From contig DAHZHT010000007.1 in NCBI GenBank assembly GCA_027406905.1, positions 1,024 through 65,023 of the forward strand: a stretch of DNA of 64,000 bases, given 5' to 3'. Below are positions 24,865 through 32,564 of this stretch, one piece after another. Under the pieces are notes generated by a model. It did no database searches and had not been told where the DNA came from. It was given only the letters and a program-made list of their open reading frames with translations. Origin of the DNA: Elusimicrobiota bacterium. Lineage in GTDB: Bacteria; Elusimicrobiota; Elusimicrobia; UBA1565; UBA9628. The position numbers and the translations under genes were made by a program. The stretch's first letter is position 1. Every line of letters begins with the position of its first letter.

Positions 24865-25748
24865 TGTTTAACTTTGCTCCTTTCAAATGCGACGGTTAAT
24901 TCCAGCCCTTCTTTGAGGCTCGTGCGCGGGCTCCAGCCTAAATTTTTAATCGCGGTCAAATCTACCCGCGAATCCATCAGCTCGTTCTCTCGATAAGGCA
25001 AGGCGTCAAAATCTAAAAATGTATCCGTGTTAGCGGTTATCTTTTTGACTTCCTCGGCAAAATCCCGTATCGTAATAGCTTCGCCGGAAGCGATTTCATA
25101 AGAGAAAAATCCTTTTCCATGCCTTGACCCATGCTCAATAATACGCATAAAGGCTTCTATGACATCGTCAATATAAACAAAATCTCTTTTTTGAAGGCCC
25201 GGGGTTAATGGAATTTTCTTTTCATTGTTTAAAAGAGAATGAATAAGCCAGGTCGCGAATTTTGACTTATCATCTCCCGGACCGTAAAAATGTTCCAGGG
25301 CGACGTTAATACACGTCATCCGTGAGGAATAGATTTTTAGCCAGTCCTTGAACTGACTTTTAGATAAAGAATAATAGTTGACGCCCTTATCCAAAATGGT
25401 ATCCGTGTTAATAAAATAAGAAATTCCGTGTTCGGCCCCCAGCTGCAGAAGTTTAAGGGGTAAAATTAGATTGGCCTCAAGCACCGTCAAAGGCAAGGCA
25501 TTTTTTCTTCCATAATCGGTAGCGCAGTGAATGACGGCATCTATAGAATTTTCTTTAAACAGAGATTGCAAATCGATTTCTTCCAAACGGAAAAATTTAA
25601 TTTTATCAGCGGCCGAAGAAAGGCGAGAGAGACGGGAAGATTGGCGACGCAACGCGATAACACTAAACTTTTTGTCTATCAATGCCCTCGCGACATTGGA
25701 CCCCAAAAACCCGGTGGCTCCGGTAAGTAAAACGGTAGGGTTAGACAC
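24861..25748 (-). CDS. NAD(P)-dependent SDR, CDP-paratose/abequose synthase-like 4-reductase
   Basis: Has VLLTGATGFLGSN (Rossmann) and ...YSLSK (YxxxK). It sits between the rfbH-type and tyv-type genes, as prt does in Salmonella/Yersinia. The start is taken at GTG 25748, which overlaps the stop of the rfbH-like remnant. The track ORF extends to 25787. Confidence 0.6.
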   Translation of the reverse strand: MSNPTVLLTGATGFLGSNVARALIDKKFSVIALRRQSSRLSRLSSAADKIKFFRLEEIDLQSLFKENSIDAVIHCATDYGRKNALPLTVLEANLILPLKLLQLGAEHGISYFINTDTILDKGVNYYSLSKSQFKDWLKIYSSRMTCINVALEHFYGPGDDKSKFATWLIHSLLNNEKKIPLTPGLQKRDFVYIDDVIEAFMRIIEHGSRHGKGFFSYEIASGEAITIRDFAEEVKKITANTDTFLDFDALPYRENELMDSRVDLTAIKNLGWSPRTSLKEGLELTVAFERSKVKQ

Positions 25749-25857
25749 TCTTAAAAAAATCCCCGAAAATCGAGGCGGCGTATCCAATCATATCGGGCGT
25801 AATTCCCGGATCAACGCCGTAAAATGTTCCGTTCATGGCCTCATGATAATATATCAT
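25741..25857 (-). pseudogene. 3-prime remnant (38 codons) of a second rfbH/DegT-family gene
   Basis: Minus-strand reading gives MIYYHEAMNGTFYGVDPGITPDMIGYAASIFGDFFKSV-stop. The genuine RfbH C-terminus is ...[34 protein letters not shown]-stop. DNA core: CCGGGAATTACGCCCGA(T/G)ATGATTGGATAC. Confidence 0.75.
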
Positions 25858-25887
25858 TAAACGCGGAAGCGGAGCGTCTTTTTAATC

Positions 25888-27072
25888 TCAAGCGAAACCC
25901 AATATTTCGCCCAGCATTTGCCACGGAACGGCCGTTCCGTGCGGGAATTTCTGGGGCCTTTCCACTTGGCAGACCAGATAAGCCGCGTCGCATTTTTCAT
26001 CTCTCCGGAAAGAGACAAGTCCCGAGAAATCCGATTCGCGCGGCTTGGCCGTAGCCTTGATTTCAATAGCGAGGCGCTTGGCGGATTTTTCAACGACCAA
26101 GTCGACTTCCTCGCCTTTCTTGTTTCGCCAATAGGAGAATCGGCAATCTTTTGACGCGGCCACGGCCTCAAGAATGATCAGGTGTTCGAATAAGAGTCCC
26201 ATTTGGAGAACCAAAAGACCCGGGTCATGCCCAACGCCGGAGGCGGCATTTCTCACGCCAAGATCGAAAAAATAATATTTAGATTTGTGAACGATATTAG
26301 AACGGCTTTTTCCAAACGCCTCCAGACGGTGGATGATGAGGCTGTCCTCTAATATCTGGAAGTAATCTCGAATCGAGGTGTGACTCACCCCCACTTCGCC
26401 CGCCATTTTGCTGAAGTTGGGGCTTGTTCCGGATTCAAGAGCGGCAAGACGCAAAAACTTCGCGAAGGGCGGAAAACTCCGGATCACCGCTTCCCGTCTA
26501 ATTTCTTCTTCGAGATATAAATCCGAGTAAGATCTCAGGCTTTCCACCCTCAAATCCGCCTTTTCGGACAATATTCCCGGCAGCCCGCCAAAAAGAAGCC
26601 TCTCTTTGAACGCCGTCCCGTTGGGGTCGCCTGCGGCAACAAGACCGCTTTCTTTCCAAGTCAACGGATGAAGACGCTCGATAATGACGCGGCCGGGCAG
26701 CCAATTGGCCTGGGTTTGCCGCATTTTCCGCGCCGAAGAGCCCGTGGCGATCAAAACCGCTTTTTTTTCGTCCAGAAGATACTGCAAAACATCCATGACG
26801 GCGGGGACTTTCTGGATCTCATCGATAAAGACCACGGGGCGGCCGCGGCCGGAGGCGGCCTCAATTTCCCGCCGAAGGCTTTCCGGATCAGCCTCGATTT
26901 TAGCGCGCACGGATGGCAGTTGCAATGGATATTCCATACAACGCGGCATCTTGGCGCAAACGGCTTTGATGAGGGTCGTTTTCCCCGTTTGCCGAGGACC
27001 GAACAGAATCACGGAACGCCCGGCCTTAAGCAAGGTCCGGAGTTTGAGCTCGAGAATACGATTGAAAGTCAT
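25888..27072 (-). CDS. COG1373-type AAA ATPase (AAA_14 + DUF4143), copy 2 ('cassette A')
   Basis: 394 aa with Walker A GPRQTGKTT and Walker B VFIDEIQ. The C-terminus reads ...FEHLIILEA...WRNKKGEEVDLVVE...AIEIK. Confidence 0.75.
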   Translation of the reverse strand: MTFNRILELKLRTLLKAGRSVILFGPRQTGKTTLIKAVCAKMPRCMEYPLQLPSVRAKIEADPESLRREIEAASGRGRPVVFIDEIQKVPAVMDVLQYLLDEKKAVLIATGSSARKMRQTQANWLPGRVIIERLHPLTWKESGLVAAGDPNGTAFKERLLFGGLPGILSEKADLRVESLRSYSDLYLEEEIRREAVIRSFPPFAKFLRLAALESGTSPNFSKMAGEVGVSHTSIRDYFQILEDSLIIHRLEAFGKSRSNIVHKSKYYFFDLGVRNAASGVGHDPGLLVLQMGLLFEHLIILEAVAASKDCRFSYWRNKKGEEVDLVVEKSAKRLAIEIKATAKPRESDFSGLVSFRRDEKCDAAYLVCQVERPQKFPHGTAVPWQMLGEILGFA

Positions 27073-27101
27073 AGTTTCAATTATACCTAATAATTGAAAC
27101 T
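27073..27101. promoter_or_regulatory. Perfect 11-bp inverted repeat abutting the start codon of ATPase copy 2; contains a TATAAT box
   Basis: AGTTTCAATTA-tacctaa-TAATTGAAACT. On the minus strand this reads ...GGTATAAT-TGAAACT-ATG, so the -10 box lies 7 nt from the ATG. Confidence 0.5.
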
Positions 27102-27107
27102 AGTTAT

Positions 27108-27129
27108 TTCAATTTGGTTTCAAAGCCGC
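27108..27129. repeat. 22-nt cassette right-end motif, copy 1
   Basis: TTCAATTTGGTTTCAAAGCCGC, identical to 28434-28455. After 2 nt it is followed by AACGCGGAAGTGGA (27132-27145), which matches 25860-25873 at 13 of 14 positions. Confidence 0.85.
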
Positions 27130-27162
27130 TCAACGCGGAAGTGGAAATTAGTCACCGACAAT

Positions 27163-28356
27163 TCATAACAGCGCCGCAAGCAGCGCGTCCGCCGAAATGA
27201 CTCTCACTCCATCAATCAACTTGTCGACCCCTTTCTTCTTAATGACCTGATAGCAAAATGGAATTTTCAGTCTTTCCTTAAAATACCTCATGCTGGAGGA
27301 CACTTCTTCATCCTGAGTCTTCGCTTCGACCGCAAACCAAGGCTTTTCACCCACAGTCACGAGAAAATCCACCTCTCTTTTTGCGGCATCCCGCAGAAAG
27401 TAAAGTTTTGCCTTGTAGCCTTCCCTGTCCTGAAGCCAATGGGTGAGTTTGAGCAGATGGGAAGCGATAATGTTTTCAAAACGCGCCGATTCTTTTTCCA
27501 ACTCGGACCAGTCCCAAAGATAAAGCTTGGGCTCTTTCTTGAGAGAGCGAAAGGGGCCGCGCGCATAGGGATAGATTCGAAAGTGGTAGTAAAACGATTC
27601 CAGGATATCCAGCCAGCGGGATGCCGCGCGGTGACTGACATCCAAGTCTTCTCGGATGGCGTTCACCGAAAGAAGCGCGCCAACCTTGCTTGGAAGCATG
27701 TCTCCCAACAGTTTCATCCGGCCAATATCAAGGATCATTTCGGTGTCGCGGATATCCTCGCGGAACAACCTCTCATTGCGTTCGTTGTGCCATCTGCGCA
27801 ATGTCCGCTCATCCTGAGATATCAACGGTTCCGGGAAGCCGCCGAATTTTTCTAAAACATCAAACTCGTTTCCCGGCCTCATCGCGGCAATCTGGATTTC
27901 CTTGAAAGGCTCAATCCGGGTTTTGAGGCCGAGCATCTCACTGAGGGTGAAGGGATGCAGCCGGTAATAATGATAGCGGCCCTGAAGAGAGTCCCCGCCC
28001 TTGCGATAAAGATCAAGACGCGCGCTTCCAGTAATTAAGAACTTGAACCTGTCTTTGAGCGTGTCATACTGACCCTTGATAAACCTTTTCCAGCCTTTAA
28101 ATTTATGAATTTCATCTAAAATGATAAGCTCAGCGCTTCCCGGCCACTGGGATGCAATCAGCCGCTGGCGCTGTTGCCTGTTGTCCCAGTTAAAGTAGGC
28201 GGTCTCTTTAAAGCGCGCTCCAACGAGGGTTTGAGCCAAGGTCGTCTTGCCAATCTGCCGCGGACCGCCAAGAAAGACCATCTTCTTTTCAAGGTCCTCG
28301 ACGATCGGGGCGCTTAGGTAGCGTTCCTTTGGCTTTGGCACAGAAATAGAATACAT
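27163..28356 (-). CDS. COG1373-type AAA ATPase (AAA_14 + DUF4143), copy 3 ('cassette B')
   Basis: 397 aa with Walker A GPRQIGKTT and Walker B IILDEIH. The C-terminus reads ...FENIIASHL...REVDFLVT...AVEAK. It is only distantly related to copies 1 and 2. Confidence 0.75.
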   Translation of the reverse strand: MYSISVPKPKERYLSAPIVEDLEKKMVFLGGPRQIGKTTLAQTLVGARFKETAYFNWDNRQQRQRLIASQWPGSAELIILDEIHKFKGWKRFIKGQYDTLKDRFKFLITGSARLDLYRKGGDSLQGRYHYYRLHPFTLSEMLGLKTRIEPFKEIQIAAMRPGNEFDVLEKFGGFPEPLISQDERTLRRWHNERNERLFREDIRDTEMILDIGRMKLLGDMLPSKVGALLSVNAIREDLDVSHRAASRWLDILESFYYHFRIYPYARGPFRSLKKEPKLYLWDWSELEKESARFENIIASHLLKLTHWLQDREGYKAKLYFLRDAAKREVDFLVTVGEKPWFAVEAKTQDEEVSSSMRYFKERLKIPFCYQVIKKKGVDKLIDGVRVISADALLAALL

Positions 28357-28382
28357 AAATTTTTGCCTAGAAGCAAAAATTT
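28357..28382. promoter_or_regulatory. Perfect 10-bp inverted repeat abutting the start codon of ATPase copy 3
   Basis: AAATTTTTGC-ctagaa-GCAAAAATTT starts on the nucleotide next to ATG 28356. A second TTTTGC/GCAAAA pair follows at ~28393-28408. Confidence 0.45.
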
Positions 28383-28433
28383 ACATGTTTAATTTTGCTT
28401 TTGGGCAAAAAACAACTCAAGGGATCCCAAATC

Positions 28434-28455
28434 TTCAATTTGGTTTCAAAGCCGC
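28434..28455. repeat. 22-nt cassette right-end motif, copy 2
   Basis: TTCAATTTGGTTTCAAAGCCGC, located 10 nt from the rfbH stop codon. Confidence 0.85.
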
Positions 28456-28465
28456 GCCTGAGGCC

Positions 28466-29827
28466 TCATCTAAGGCCTTGAAAGAATCCCGAAAACTGCT
28501 CAAGGATGTATCCAATCATCTCGGGCGTAATTCCCGGATAGACCCCGATCCAGAAAGTCCGGTTCATCACAAGGTCGGTATTGATTAAATCCCCCACCAC
28601 GCGATGGGAAACGCCCTTAAAATACGGCTGGCGAACGATATTGCCGGCAAAGAGAAGGCGAGTCGCGATTTTATGGTCTTCCAAAAAGCGCGTCAATTTT
28701 TCGCGCTGAAACGGCGCGTTTTCCCTGACCGTAATCGGAAATCCAAACCACGCGGGATCGGAACCCGGCGTCGCTTGCGGGAGAATCAAAAACTCCTCAA
28801 AACGGGCAAGGCCTTCTTTTAAAAGTTTGAAATTGCGCCGCCGGGCGGCGATGAAAGAATCCAGCTTGTCCAGTTGAGAAAGCCCGACAGCCGCCTGCAT
28901 GTCGGTGGCTTTGAGATTATAGCCGATATTGGTATAGGTGTATTTATGATCGTAACCGCAGGGAAGCTCCCCAAGCTGCCAGTCAAAGCGCTTGCCGCAG
29001 GTGTTGTCTTTGCCCGGCGCGCACCAACAATCCCGCCCCCAATCGCGAAAAGACTCAAGCTGGGTCACCAAACGCGCGTTATTGGTCGCGACCGCTCCGC
29101 CTTCGCCCATGGTGATGTGATGCGCCGGATAAAAAGAATACGTCGCCAAATCCCCAAAACTGCCGACGGTCTTTCCTTTATAAGTCGAACCTAAAGCGTC
29201 GCAGGAATCTTCAATGAGCCAGAGATTGTGCTTGTCCGCGAAAGACTTGACGGCGTCCAGATTAAAGGGATTTCCCAAGGTGTGCGCGATCATGACGGCG
29301 CGAGTTTTATCCGACAAAGCCGCTTCAAGAAGCTCCGTTTTTGCGTCGTAGGTGCCCAGTTCCACATCGAGAAAGACCGGGATCAAGCCATTTTGAATCA
29401 TCGGGTTAATGGTCGTCGGGAAAGAGGCGGCGACCGTAATGACCTCATCTCCGGGCTGAAGCCTTTTTTCGCCCAGGGCCTCGGCAGTCAGGGCGGAAAC
29501 GGCAAGCAAATTGGCGGAGGAACCGGAGTTGACCAAGGTCGCATTTCTCACCCCGATTCTTTGGGCCAATTTTTTTTCAAAAGCCGAGGCAAAACGTCCG
29601 GTGGTCAGCCAAAAGTCAAGGCCAGAATCGGAAAGAGAGACCATGTCTTTTTCGTCAAAGACTTTCCCGGACACGGGAACGGGACTCACTCCCGGAACAA
29701 ACGGCTTAGGCGCATGTTTAAACTCATAAAAACGCCGCACGGCCTTAAAAACTTCTTCTCTTAAATCCGCCTCGCGAGCGGCTAAAACCTCCGTCGTCGT
29801 TGAGGAAGATTTTTGTTTGGAAGTCAT
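28466..29827 (-). CDS. rfbH: CDP-4-keto-6-deoxy-D-glucose 3-dehydrase (E1; RfbH/DdhC, DegT/DnrJ/EryC1 fold)
   Basis: 453 aa (long RfbH-type DegT member): ...[14 protein letters not shown]...[11 protein letters not shown]...[14 protein letters not shown].... It sits directly after rfbG with a 4-nt overlap. Confidence 0.8.
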   Translation of the reverse strand: MTSKQKSSSTTTEVLAAREADLREEVFKAVRRFYEFKHAPKPFVPGVSPVPVSGKVFDEKDMVSLSDSGLDFWLTTGRFASAFEKKLAQRIGVRNATLVNSGSSANLLAVSALTAEALGEKRLQPGDEVITVAASFPTTINPMIQNGLIPVFLDVELGTYDAKTELLEAALSDKTRAVMIAHTLGNPFNLDAVKSFADKHNLWLIEDSCDALGSTYKGKTVGSFGDLATYSFYPAHHITMGEGGAVATNNARLVTQLESFRDWGRDCWCAPGKDNTCGKRFDWQLGELPCGYDHKYTYTNIGYNLKATDMQAAVGLSQLDKLDSFIAARRRNFKLLKEGLARFEEFLILPQATPGSDPAWFGFPITVRENAPFQREKLTRFLEDHKIATRLLFAGNIVRQPYFKGVSHRVVGDLINTDLVMNRTFWIGVYPGITPEMIGYILEQFSGFFQGLR

Positions 29828-30999
29828 GGCATGGGGAGCGGGAATCCAGATTCATGGCCCGCCCAGGACAACTCGGCTTTTAAAGCCGCTGCGGCGTAAC
29901 CCCGAATTTGACCCCGCGTGAAATTAAAGGCGTCAAAACCGGGTTCTTGAGAAGCGCGGTACCATTCCATCGTGCGCGCAATTGCCGCTTCGAGATCATA
30001 GACCGGTTTCCAATTTAGGCGCTCCATGGCTTTTGAGCTGTCAAGCTGAAGAAGACCCGCCTCATGCGGAGAAGAGGGATCAACGGCGTCTCGCTTTTCG
30101 CCCGATCCCCACGCCTTTAAAACAAGGTCCACCACTTCCCCGACACAACGCGCCGAACCCAGACGCGGGCCGAAATTCCAGGCCTCGGAATACTTTTGGG
30201 GATCTGACCACTGAAGAGAGGCTAGCCTTAAATAGCCCGACAAAGGATCGAGCACGAACTGCCAAGGCCGCACCGCTCGGGGATTGCGAACGGCAATGGG
30301 GCGAAAAGCCATGAGAGAGCGCGCGCAGTCCGGGATGAGACGATCTTGAGCCCAATCGCCGCCGCCGATCACGTTTCCGGCCCTTGTCGAACTGAGCGAA
30401 ACGCTTCCCATCTTCGTTTTTCCCTCATCCCGACCTTCTCCCACAAGGGGAGAAGGGGTTCTCGTGAAAAAAGACGCGCGGTAAGAAGACACGACCATTT
30501 CCGCGCAGGCTTTGGAGGCGCTGTAAGGGTCTCTTCCGCCCAAAGGATCAGTTTCCTTGTAGGCATAATCGATTTCGCGGTTTTCATAGCATTTGTCGGT
30601 GGTGATCACCTGGCAGACGCGAACAGAACTCGTCTTTCGAACCGCCTCCAAAAGATGCGCCGTTCCAAGAACGTTGACCGCGAAAGTCCCAATCGGCTCG
30701 TCATATGAGCGCCGGACCAAGGGCTGGGCGGCCAAATGAAACACGATTTCGGGACGGGTCTCGCGCAATATTTTTTGAACCAACTCCAGATCCCGAACGT
30801 CTCCCAGGCGGGAATCCATTAAATTTTGAAGCCCCAGCTGTTCGTAAAGATTCGGCTGGGCCTCGGGCGGCAAGGCAAGACCGACGACGTTGGCGCCGAG
30901 CTCCGTCAGCCACAAAGAAAGCCAGGAGCCCTTAAAGCCCGTATGCCCCGTGACAAGCACGGTTTTCCCGGAAAAAACACCGCCGAAGATCTCGCTCAT
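29824..30999 (-). CDS. rfbG: CDP-glucose 4,6-dehydratase
   Basis: 391 aa: [18 protein letters not shown]...[11 protein letters not shown]...[11 protein letters not shown]. About 12 extra residues ([12 protein letters not shown]...) lie before the [11 protein letters not shown] motif. Confidence 0.85.
   Translation of the reverse strand: MSEIFGGVFSGKTVLVTGHTGFKGSWLSLWLTELGANVVGLALPPEAQPNLYEQLGLQNLMDSRLGDVRDLELVQKILRETRPEIVFHLAAQPLVRRSYDEPIGTFAVNVLGTAHLLEAVRKTSSVRVCQVITTDKCYENREIDYAYKETDPLGGRDPYSASKACAEMVVSSYRASFFTRTPSPLVGEGRDEGKTKMGSVSLSSTRAGNVIGGGDWAQDRLIPDCARSLMAFRPIAVRNPRAVRPWQFVLDPLSGYLRLASLQWSDPQKYSEAWNFGPRLGSARCVGEVVDLVLKAWGSGEKRDAVDPSSPHEAGLLQLDSSKAMERLNWKPVYDLEAAIARTMEWYRASQEPGFDAFNFTRGQIRGYAAAALKAELSWAGHESGFPLPMP
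30434..30456. repeat. Perfect 9-bp inverted repeat embedded in-frame in rfbG
   Basis: CCTTCTCCC-acaag-GGGAGAAGG. It encodes part of the extra peptide [11 protein letters not shown]. Confidence 0.8.
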
Positions 31000-31020
31000 T
31001 TAAAAAAAAGATTCATCGCT

Positions 31021-31356
31021 TCAGGGTCTCGCCACATGAGATCGGGCGATGATTCGCCCAATCTCCGGATTGGACGCGCCCAACGCGAGCAACGAACGAA
31101 TAATCAAATCAACGGAAACGGAATCGTCAGCCGCCTCCATTTTAGCCACTCGGCTTTGGCTCGATCCGACGAGCTTGGCCAAACCTATTTGCCCTAAGCG
31201 GCGACGATGGCGTTTCTGTCTGAGACTTTCGGCTAATTTTAGCTTAAGCTCGATATACTCGGATTCCTGATTCGACAGGGACAATAATTCCTCAACTCCG
31301 CCCACTCGCCACCCCTTGGCCTCAAGCCGCCTGCGTTTGGACTCACGCATCATCAT
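31021..31356 (-). CDS. higA: XRE-family HTH antitoxin (HigA-like)
   Basis: 111 aa: ...LRQKRHRRRLGQIGLAKLVGSSQSRVAKMEA... (HTH). It overlaps the upstream toxin gene by 14 nt. Confidence 0.7.
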   Translation of the reverse strand: MMMRESKRRRLEAKGWRVGGVEELLSLSNQESEYIELKLKLAESLRQKRHRRRLGQIGLAKLVGSSQSRVAKMEAADDSVSVDLIIRSLLALGASNPEIGRIIARSHVARP

Positions 31357-31675
31357 AACTCATCAATCGTTCCTTGCTTAATTTTATAATTCTCTTGGGC
31401 GTCTCCCGAGTTTTCTTAGCAAAAATCTCCGCGATCACAATCGCATCCGAGTCTACGCGATAGATGATGCGCCAACTCGCCGCCGCATCGGCAATCCGAA
31501 GCTCATGGCAATGAAAACCAACCGAAGGCATCGGCCTTGAGTGAGGCATGCCGATAGACTCTCCTCTCTGTAGTCGCCGCAACAAAAACCCGGCCTGAAT
31601 TCTCGCTTTTCTGGAGAACGGAGGGGTTCTAATTTCGCCATGCAGCCACGCCAGAGGCTTATCAATCAAGCCCAT
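31343..31675 (-). CDS. higB: HigB/RelE-superfamily toxin (phage Gp49-like, DUF891 type)
   Basis: 110 aa: ...GEIRTPPFSRKARIQAGFLLRRLQRGE...HELRIADAAASWRIIYRVDSDAIVIAEIFAKKTRETP. Toxin-first order, as in higBA. Confidence 0.7.
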   Translation of the reverse strand: MGLIDKPLAWLHGEIRTPPFSRKARIQAGFLLRRLQRGESIGMPHSRPMPSVGFHCHELRIADAAASWRIIYRVDSDAIVIAEIFAKKTRETPKRIIKLSKERLMSYDDA

Positions 31676-31679
31676 AAAG

Positions 31680-31708
31680 ATTGTATATCAAATATGACAT
31701 ATTGTCAA
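31680..31708 (-). promoter_or_regulatory. higBA promoter with palindromic operator: TTGACA-(AATATG-T-CATATT)-TATACA/TACAAT, 4-6 nt from the ATG
   Basis: The minus strand reads TTGACAATATGTCATATTTGATATACAATCTTT-ATG. A 13-bp palindrome (31691-31703) lies between the -35 and -10 boxes. Confidence 0.5.
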
Positions 31709-31729
31709 GACGCGGACTACTTCCAGATT

Positions 31730-31828
31730 TTCCGTCAACCACAGAGAAAGCCAGGAACCCTTAAAGCCGGTGTGTCCGGTGACAAGCGCTGTTTTCCCGG
31801 AAAACACGCCGCCGAAGACCGATTTCAT
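31730..31828 (-). pseudogene. 5-prime remnant (first ~33 codons) of a second rfbG allele
   Basis: The remnant reads [33 protein letters not shown], compared with rfb[34 protein letters not shown]. Its ATG overlaps the stop of the HEPN gene (ATGA). After codon 33 the frame runs into the higB promoter and stops. Confidence 0.85.
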
Positions 31829-32232
31829 TGTAAACTTTTTTCCACTTTTCCAAGCCAAAGATCTAAGGATGCCGCATATGCCGGCAGATTCTCATAGAGA
31901 CTATTGGCGACGCCTTCATCATAGGTATGCGCGGTCAGGTTTCGGGCATCCGCCATTTTTAAGGCGGTTTCAGCCTCGGACTCATCAAGAAAGCCCACTT
32001 CGCGGCTGGCGCGAATGCAGCCCTTTGGAGAACCGATAGACAGCGCCTCTTCCTGGGAAAGATAGAGCTGGACAGCCTTCCAAACGGCCTCGAAAGAATA
32101 CTCAAAACGCTGTATCGCCGCATCGCGCCTTTCCGAAGAAGGGCGGATCGCATACCCAACGGGCCCCGCCAGATCCAGAAAAGTGTTGAGCGCTTTTCGC
32201 GCCACGCTCACGCGTGCTTCTAAGCGTTCCAT
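31825..32232 (-). CDS. HEPN-domain protein, HI0074 family (second copy in the window)
   Basis: 135 aa: ...RDAAIQRFEYSFEAVWKAVQLYL...ADARNLTAHTYDEGVA (R-x4-H). Confidence 0.7.
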   Translation of the reverse strand: MERLEARVSVARKALNTFLDLAGPVGYAIRPSSERRDAAIQRFEYSFEAVWKAVQLYLSQEEALSIGSPKGCIRASREVGFLDESEAETALKMADARNLTAHTYDEGVANSLYENLPAYAASLDLWLGKVEKSLQ

Positions 32233-32564
32233 GAGACTCCTTCTTCAAATACGCGCTCGCGAAAAGCCTTGGAAGTTTCGTTGAGGTTTACGATCTCCAC
32301 TCGATAAGGCACGGCGCTTTCCTCAAGCGCCTCGGACAAACTCGACAGCAGGACAGGCGAAAGCTCTCGAAGAGGATAAATTCCAATATCAATGTCGGAT
32401 GTCGGTCGCTCCTCTCTTCGCGCCCAAGAGCCGTAAAGATAGACCCGCGCCTGATTTTTAGGGATAAACCGAAAAACAATTTCCTTAACTTCCATAAGGT
32501 AGCGAAAATGACGCTCTTTCTCGTTAGAGGATATGTTCTGAGCCTTCACTTCCACACCTTCCAT
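32220..32564 (-). CDS. Minimal nucleotidyltransferase (MNT, HI0073-like; second copy)
   Basis: Reads [23 protein letters not shown] (GS...DxD). The start is uncertain: ATG 32564 overlaps the rfbF end, and ATG 32495 is an alternative. The track ORF starts at 32633. Confidence 0.65.
   Translation of the reverse strand: MEGVEVKAQNISSNEKERHFRYLMEVKEIVFRFIPKNQARVYLYGSWARREERPTSDIDIGIYPLRELSPVLLSSLSEALEESAVPYRVEIVNLNETSKAFRERVFEEGVSWNA

Noticed and set aside
27100-27150. Integron attC interpretation of the cassette junction (the minus strand reads ...CCGCGTTGAGCGGC..., containing GTTGAGC, which fits GTTRRRY)
   Set aside because: Only one of the three junctions has a GTTRRRY-like core. I cannot fold a convincing attC-type imperfect palindrome across the junction. 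No intI, attI or Pc is present in the window. The observation is kept as 'conserved cassette ends' only.
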